From a virus (lineage: Duplodnaviria > Caudoviricetes): 46,297 nucleotides of DNA. Below the pieces are notes generated by a model. It was given only the letters and a program-made list of their open reading frames with translations, was not told where the DNA came from and searched no databases. Positions 42,250-46,297 of the stretch are shown piece by piece (position 1 is the first letter of the stretch; each line of letters starts with the position of its first letter). The translations under genes and the position numbers were made by a program. The DNA lies in the IMG/VR virus record IMGVR_UViG_3300037439_000033, positions 1 through 46,297 of that record; one strand, written 5' to 3'.

Positions 42250-42938
42250 TCCTTTATGCGTTGCTCGTCCGTGTATTCATAATGACAGCCAAGGCCAAAG
42301 CGTCGGTTCTTTTCGCTCATACGTGGCCTGTAAAGCGCGTGACGATCGACAAGGCGCTGCGGTCCCCCGATGTTACGATAGTGCATCAGAAACAGTTCAC
42401 GATCGGCATAAACCACATTGCCAATTGGTTTTGACACGTGGCACCCGTACTTGAAGTTTATCTCCTTTATCTCCCGTGGATTGAAGCAAACTGATTTCGA
42501 ATAGTTTTCATTTCGATACCCTGTCTTTATCTCAAGGAAGTTTAACAGCGGCATGCTGTGCGATACAACATCAAAACCTATCGTCTTGAATATTGTAGCG
42601 CCTTTTTGCGTTGCAATGTCCAACTGATCGCCGGTCGTTGGGCCGGAGTACAATTCGTGCCCATCCCAAAGTATCTCGTCTGAGTCGCACACCACTACCC
42701 ACCGAGCCTTCGACTTCTTCCAGCAGTTGTTCTTAACCGTAAGGTAGTCGTCGTCGGACAGAACCCCCGGAGTGCCGAACTGCTTAACCTCCGCGCCCAT
42801 CTCTCGTGCGATGTCCGGAGTACCGTCCGTCGAGTAGTTGTCGAACAGAGTCACCTTCTCGCAGAACGAGTTGTAGTGTGAGAGAGTCAACCGAATCGTC
42901 TCACTTTCTTGCCAGGCTACGATAAACGCTTCAACCAT
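42195..42938 (-). CDS. GT2-like glycosyltransferase
   Basis: DNYSTDGT, VVCDSDE (DxD), K...FNP, G.H, MHY. Confidence 0.88.
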   Translation of the reverse strand: MVEAFIVAWQESETIRLTLSHYNSFCEKVTLFDNYSTDGTPDIAREMGAEVKQFGTPGVLSDDDYLTVKNNCWKKSKARWVVVCDSDEILWDGHELYSGPTTGDQLDIATQKGATIFKTIGFDVVSHSMPLLNFLEIKTGYRNENYSKSVCFNPREIKEINFKYGCHVSKPIGNVVYADRELFLMHYRNIGGPQRLVDRHALYRPRMSEKNRRFGLGCHYEYTDEQRIKEWEEKYNGSVDFFKAGLL

Positions 42939-43804
42939 TCGAGTATGTTGTTTTTAAGACCGTCGTACGTGTACCAATCAAAGTATATCTCGCTGGACCG
43001 ATCAATCAAATTAACCAGACTGTCATGCGGTTTTGAGTTGTCAGACATGATGTTTTCAAGCGTTTCGTGCAGGAACATATTCATCCAATCCTGATCACTG
43101 CTGAACAGTGGCAAGTCAGTTGCCTTTCCATGTATGGTCCATCCACCTGGAATGATGTATTCATCCGATATGTACAATGGTATCGTAAGGTACTGCAACG
43201 CCTCGCATATTCTGAAAGAGCTTTTACCGTAGCCACGAGGGCACAGCGCGAAAACCGAATCATTCATAACCTCGCAGAACTGTTCGATCGTGTGAGGCTT
43301 AGTGCTTATGTAATACCGGTGTCTCTGGCCCAATGGTATTGCATCGATCATTTGCTGTCGCATCGGGTGTGTTATCGATCCAATGAAGCAGGCAAGGTAC
43401 TTCCGTTCGAGATGGTTTATTTTCTTGAACGGGTACGGATGCGGCATGCACACCAACGGTATCGGACAGTCAATCCTCCCGCCTCCGCTTCCGAATACTT
43501 TAATGTCCAGGTCTTTGAAGTCAACTAGCGGCCCGTCGTCGTACTGCGTGATCGTGAAGTACTTCTTCGATCGATCGAGTCCGTCTATGAACGCCTGTAG
43601 GTCGGCCATCTTGCGCCCATTGCCGTAGTCGTTGTTCACCTGGAAACTCGTCCAAAACACCGGAAGGTAGTGACGTTGTATCCATGGCTCTTGAACATCG
43701 TTGTAAGCGTTATCATAGAACCATTCCTCAAAGATTTGTTTGTTATCCGGTGGATACTCGACACGAATCTTTGGCTTGAACATTTCGGGTACGGCGTGTA
43801 TCAT
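42917..43804 (-). CDS. Exostosin-like (GT47) glycosyltransferase
   Basis: F.GS..HP.R, S.FALCPRGYG..SFR..EAL...IP.YISD. Confidence 0.85.
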   Translation of the reverse strand: MIHAVPEMFKPKIRVEYPPDNKQIFEEWFYDNAYNDVQEPWIQRHYLPVFWTSFQVNNDYGNGRKMADLQAFIDGLDRSKKYFTITQYDDGPLVDFKDLDIKVFGSGGGRIDCPIPLVCMPHPYPFKKINHLERKYLACFIGSITHPMRQQMIDAIPLGQRHRYYISTKPHTIEQFCEVMNDSVFALCPRGYGKSSFRICEALQYLTIPLYISDEYIIPGGWTIHGKATDLPLFSSDQDWMNMFLHETLENIMSDNSKPHDSLVNLIDRSSEIYFDWYTYDGLKNNILEWLKRLS

Positions 43805-44424
43805 GCGCGTGTATAAAATTTATCCCCCCAACCCCAGTGATCAAACATCTTTGTCGCAGTCGGAAGGAACCCGAATAATGCAACGTATTCGTCAATCTCC
43901 CCAACAAGCGGGCATCCAACGTAAAGCGGCGCGGTGTTAACCTCAATGTACAGATACTTGAACTCCGACAGCATGCTGCCGAGGCTTTTCAATGCCATCA
44001 GTTCGGCCCCTTGCAAGTCAAGGTTAAGTAGATCGCACTCCAACGGGAAGTCTTTGAACAGCGTATCCAGTCGGGTTGTAGTTACCTCTATACGGTCTGT
44101 GTACATAACTTCCGGGTGCGCTGTCTTGTGCGTTCCAAGTTCAAGCAGAGACGAGCTTTGGCCCTCGTTGTTTGCGATGTTGAACCATGTTGTGTCACCG
44201 TCCACATCCGATATGCAGGCGTTGATTGCCATGGCATCGAGATACGGCTCAAGGTTACGCTTGAGTTGTTCGTAAACATCCGGTATGGCCTCGATGAATA
44301 TCATCCGGTTGCATCCGATGAAGGCGTATTCTTCCGCCTCCTGTCCGAAGTGCGCGCCTACGTGTAGAACGCCTTTCGGTTTCATGCCGTACTTTTCGGC
44401 GAGTTGTCTAAAGGGAATCAGCAT
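43801..44424 (-). CDS. FkbM-family methyltransferase
   Basis: LHVGAH.G.E, IEA.P, SSSLL, LDLQGAEL..L, IEVN. Confidence 0.9.
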   Translation of the reverse strand: MLIPFRQLAEKYGMKPKGVLHVGAHFGQEAEEYAFIGCNRMIFIEAIPDVYEQLKRNLEPYLDAMAINACISDVDGDTTWFNIANNEGQSSSLLELGTHKTAHPEVMYTDRIEVTTTRLDTLFKDFPLECDLLNLDLQGAELMALKSLGSMLSEFKYLYIEVNTAPLYVGCPLVGEIDEYVALFGFLPTATKMFDHWGWGDKFYTRA

Positions 44425-45451
44425 TGTATTGTGTGTTTATCCAGTTGTAAGTGTATTGCATTCCTTCTTTCAGTGAGAACTTTGGCTCCCATCCGAGTAC
44501 CTGACGGATCAGTGTGTTGTCTGAGTTGCGACCGTTTACACCTACCGGGCCATCTATATATTTTATCGTAACTGCGTACGTTCCAACAAGTCCTCGTGCT
44601 ATCCTAGCAAGATGATCTATTTCTACAGATTCTTCACTACCAATGTTTATAGGATCGGCATGGTTAGAATCCATAAGCAACCTAACTGCATCTATGCAAT
44701 CATCTATGTATAGGAATGATCTGGTTTGTTTTCCAGTCCCCCATACTTCCATAAATGCATAGTCGTTTGTTTCTATTGACTTTTTAGAAGCATCAAGAGC
44801 CTTTCTTATCATCGCCGCCGGAGCCTTCTCCTTCCCGCCTTTCCATGTTCCCATCGGTCCGTATATGTTGTGGAAGCGGGCGATGCGTACGTTAAGCCCG
44901 AAGTTCCTGGCGTACGAAAGATACAGCCTCTCGCTGAACAGCTTCTCCCAACCGTACTCACTGTCTGGGTTAGCAGGGTAGGCGTCGGATTCTTTCAGTC
45001 CTGGTTGTTCCGCTCCGTGCGATTCCTCCTGAATGTGCCCGGGATAGATGCAAGCCGAAGAAGAGTAGAACAGCTTCCCTACTCCGTTCTTCACCGCAAT
45101 GTCAGCAACGTTCAAGTTTATCAGCGCAGAGTTTCGCATTATGTTCGCGTCGTGCTCACCGGTGAAGATGTAGCCAGCCCCGCCCATGTCAGCAGCGAAT
45201 TGGTATACCTCGTCGAAGTATCCAGGCATACCCTTCTCGCTTTGTCCTGGCCCCCACATTACGCGGGAAACAAAGCCATGGTCGGTAAGATCTCCTTGGA
45301 TGAAATCATCCAGAGGCGTGTCGTATTGCAGCGGATTGATGTCTACCCCTCTTACCCAATAACCTTCTGACTTCAATCGGCGCGCCATGTGACCCCCAAT
45401 GAAGCCAGACACGCCTGCTATAAGTGCTGTTTTTTGTATTTTATCAATCAT
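44408..45451 (-). CDS. GDP-mannose 3,5-epimerase-like extended SDR
   Basis: GVSGFIG, AADMGG.G.I, SSACIYP, YGWEK, RFHNIYGP.G.W.GG.EKAPAA and GRNSDN are GME signatures. Confidence 0.9.
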   Translation of the reverse strand: MIDKIQKTALIAGVSGFIGGHMARRLKSEGYWVRGVDINPLQYDTPLDDFIQGDLTDHGFVSRVMWGPGQSEKGMPGYFDEVYQFAADMGGAGYIFTGEHDANIMRNSALINLNVADIAVKNGVGKLFYSSSACIYPGHIQEESHGAEQPGLKESDAYPANPDSEYGWEKLFSERLYLSYARNFGLNVRIARFHNIYGPMGTWKGGKEKAPAAMIRKALDASKKSIETNDYAFMEVWGTGKQTRSFLYIDDCIDAVRLLMDSNHADPINIGSEESVEIDHLARIARGLVGTYAVTIKYIDGPVGVNGRNSDNTLIRQVLGWEPKFSLKEGMQYTYNWINTQYNADSL

Positions 45452-45621
45452 ATCTTACCTTGATAAGTTAAAATTATTGCGTGACCGATAACCACAATCA
45501 TTGGCACAAAAACAGAATATAGAATGCAAATTCTAGGAAAACTGAATGTATAAGTAACCAATAATGCAATCAGCATAAAAGCAGACATTACCAAGCATGT
45601 TAACTGTAATTCGTACCTCAT
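45448..45621 (-). CDS. 57-aa 2-TM membrane protein
   Basis: True start is likely the ATG at 45621 (ATGA overlap with the GT2 stop); AT-rich. Confidence 0.65.
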   Translation of the reverse strand: MRYELQLTCLVMSAFMLIALLVTYTFSFPRICILYSVFVPMIVVIGHAIILTYQGKI

Positions 45622-46297
45622 AGCTTCATTATCTTTTGTGTGATCTCTTCGAAAAGGCCCGGCACCTTGTGAACGTGTTCCTTGTAGTGCGATCCGTCGT
45701 GTATCAGGTGGTCGTACTGCATGCCGGGGACTACGTACATTCCGTTGTCTGCTTTCAGCCAGTTGTAAAGCTGGTACACCGTGTCGCAGGTCCACGGATT
45801 GAAGTCCGGATCGAACACACGAAGATACTCTTTTACCGGCACAACGTAGTTCGCGCAGTTGATTAAACAGTCGAACTGCGTGCGCTGCATTGTGGGTATG
45901 TGCTGCTTGATCGTGTTCTTGTCGAAGTAAGACGCGGCGAACTGGTGGTATCTGAATGCAGGACGAGCAAACTCCGGGGCCAGGATTGTCTTTCCATCCC
46001 AATAGTTTTCAGGCACCCTGAACAGCGCATCCAGGTACGACGTGTCTATAACGTTGTCGCTGTCGAGTAGGATGGCGTAGTCGTACTTTGCGTAACTCAA
46101 AGCCTTCGCCTTGTTGTGGTAACATCCAAGGTTCTCTTTGTTTGAAAGTAGGCTCAATGGCTTATCCACAAGATCAGAACAGATCATCCATAGTTGACGC
46201 TTTACATCATCGTTTGAAGCATCATCGCAAATTATTATCTCTCCGATACGAGGATCATTGAACACCTTATCGAAAGACTTCATCAGAAGGCTAACGC
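45618..46297 (-). CDS. GT2 glycosyltransferase (240 aa including the part across the origin)
   Basis: IIICDDAS, N.G...N, LLDSDN (DxD). Confidence 0.9.
   Translation of the reverse strand, partial: VSLLMKSFDKVFNDPRIGEIIICDDASNDDVKRQLWMICSDLVDKPLSLLSNKENLGCYHNKAKALSYAKYDYAILLDSDNVIDTSYLDALFRVPENYWDGKTILAPEFARPAFRYHQFAASYFDKNTIKQHIPTMQRTQFDCLINCANYVVPVKEYLRVFDPDFNPWTCDTVYQLYNWLKADNGMYVVPGMQYDHLIHDGSHYKEHVHKVPGLFEEITQKIMKL
46171..46297. repeat. Terminal direct repeat (copy 2)
   Basis: Identical to 1-127. Confidence 0.97.

Noticed and set aside
45622-46002. N-terminal 127 aa of the listed 184-aa ORF
   Set aside because: Overlaps the GT2 gene in another frame; only the hydrophobic 57-aa part from 45621 is credible

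Overview
The window is a complete, circularly assembled tailed-phage genome. Unique length is 46,170 bp, because bases 1-127 are repeated exactly at 46171-46297. The host is probably a Bacteroidota bacterium, judged from TTG-N18/19-TAnnTTTG promoters, scarce Shine-Dalgarno sites and Cytophagales-type enzyme modules. The + strand block 20498-26902 carries early genes: an ERF annealing protein, a YqaJ exonuclease, a DUF1376-like replication protein and many small ORFs. Almost everything else is on the - strand: NinG, terminase subunits, tail and head genes, a glycan-biosynthesis cluster crossing the origin, portal, enzyme-rich receptor-binding proteins and lysis genes. I see no integrase, repressor, polymerase or CRISPR array. 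Main observations: (1) a ~790-nt highly structured non-coding RNA (GOLLD-sized) with its own promoter and an embedded circularly permuted, Y-RNA-like tRNA mimic, plus a second tRNA mimic nearby whose anticodon arm is replaced by a multi-hairpin insert; (2) an eight-enzyme glycan pathway (GDP-mannose 3,5-epimerase, five glycosyltransferase-like genes, two methyltransferases) among the virion genes; (3) an identical palindrome-N27-(-7 box)-N6-ATG architecture before the prohead protease and portal genes; (4) an unannotated -1 frameshift product of the tail chaperone; (5) a kissing-loop attenuator before the replication genes; (6) a 1803-aa multi-enzyme fibre punctuated by FDPVFF repeats. All family assignments come from motif recognition by eye; no searches were run.
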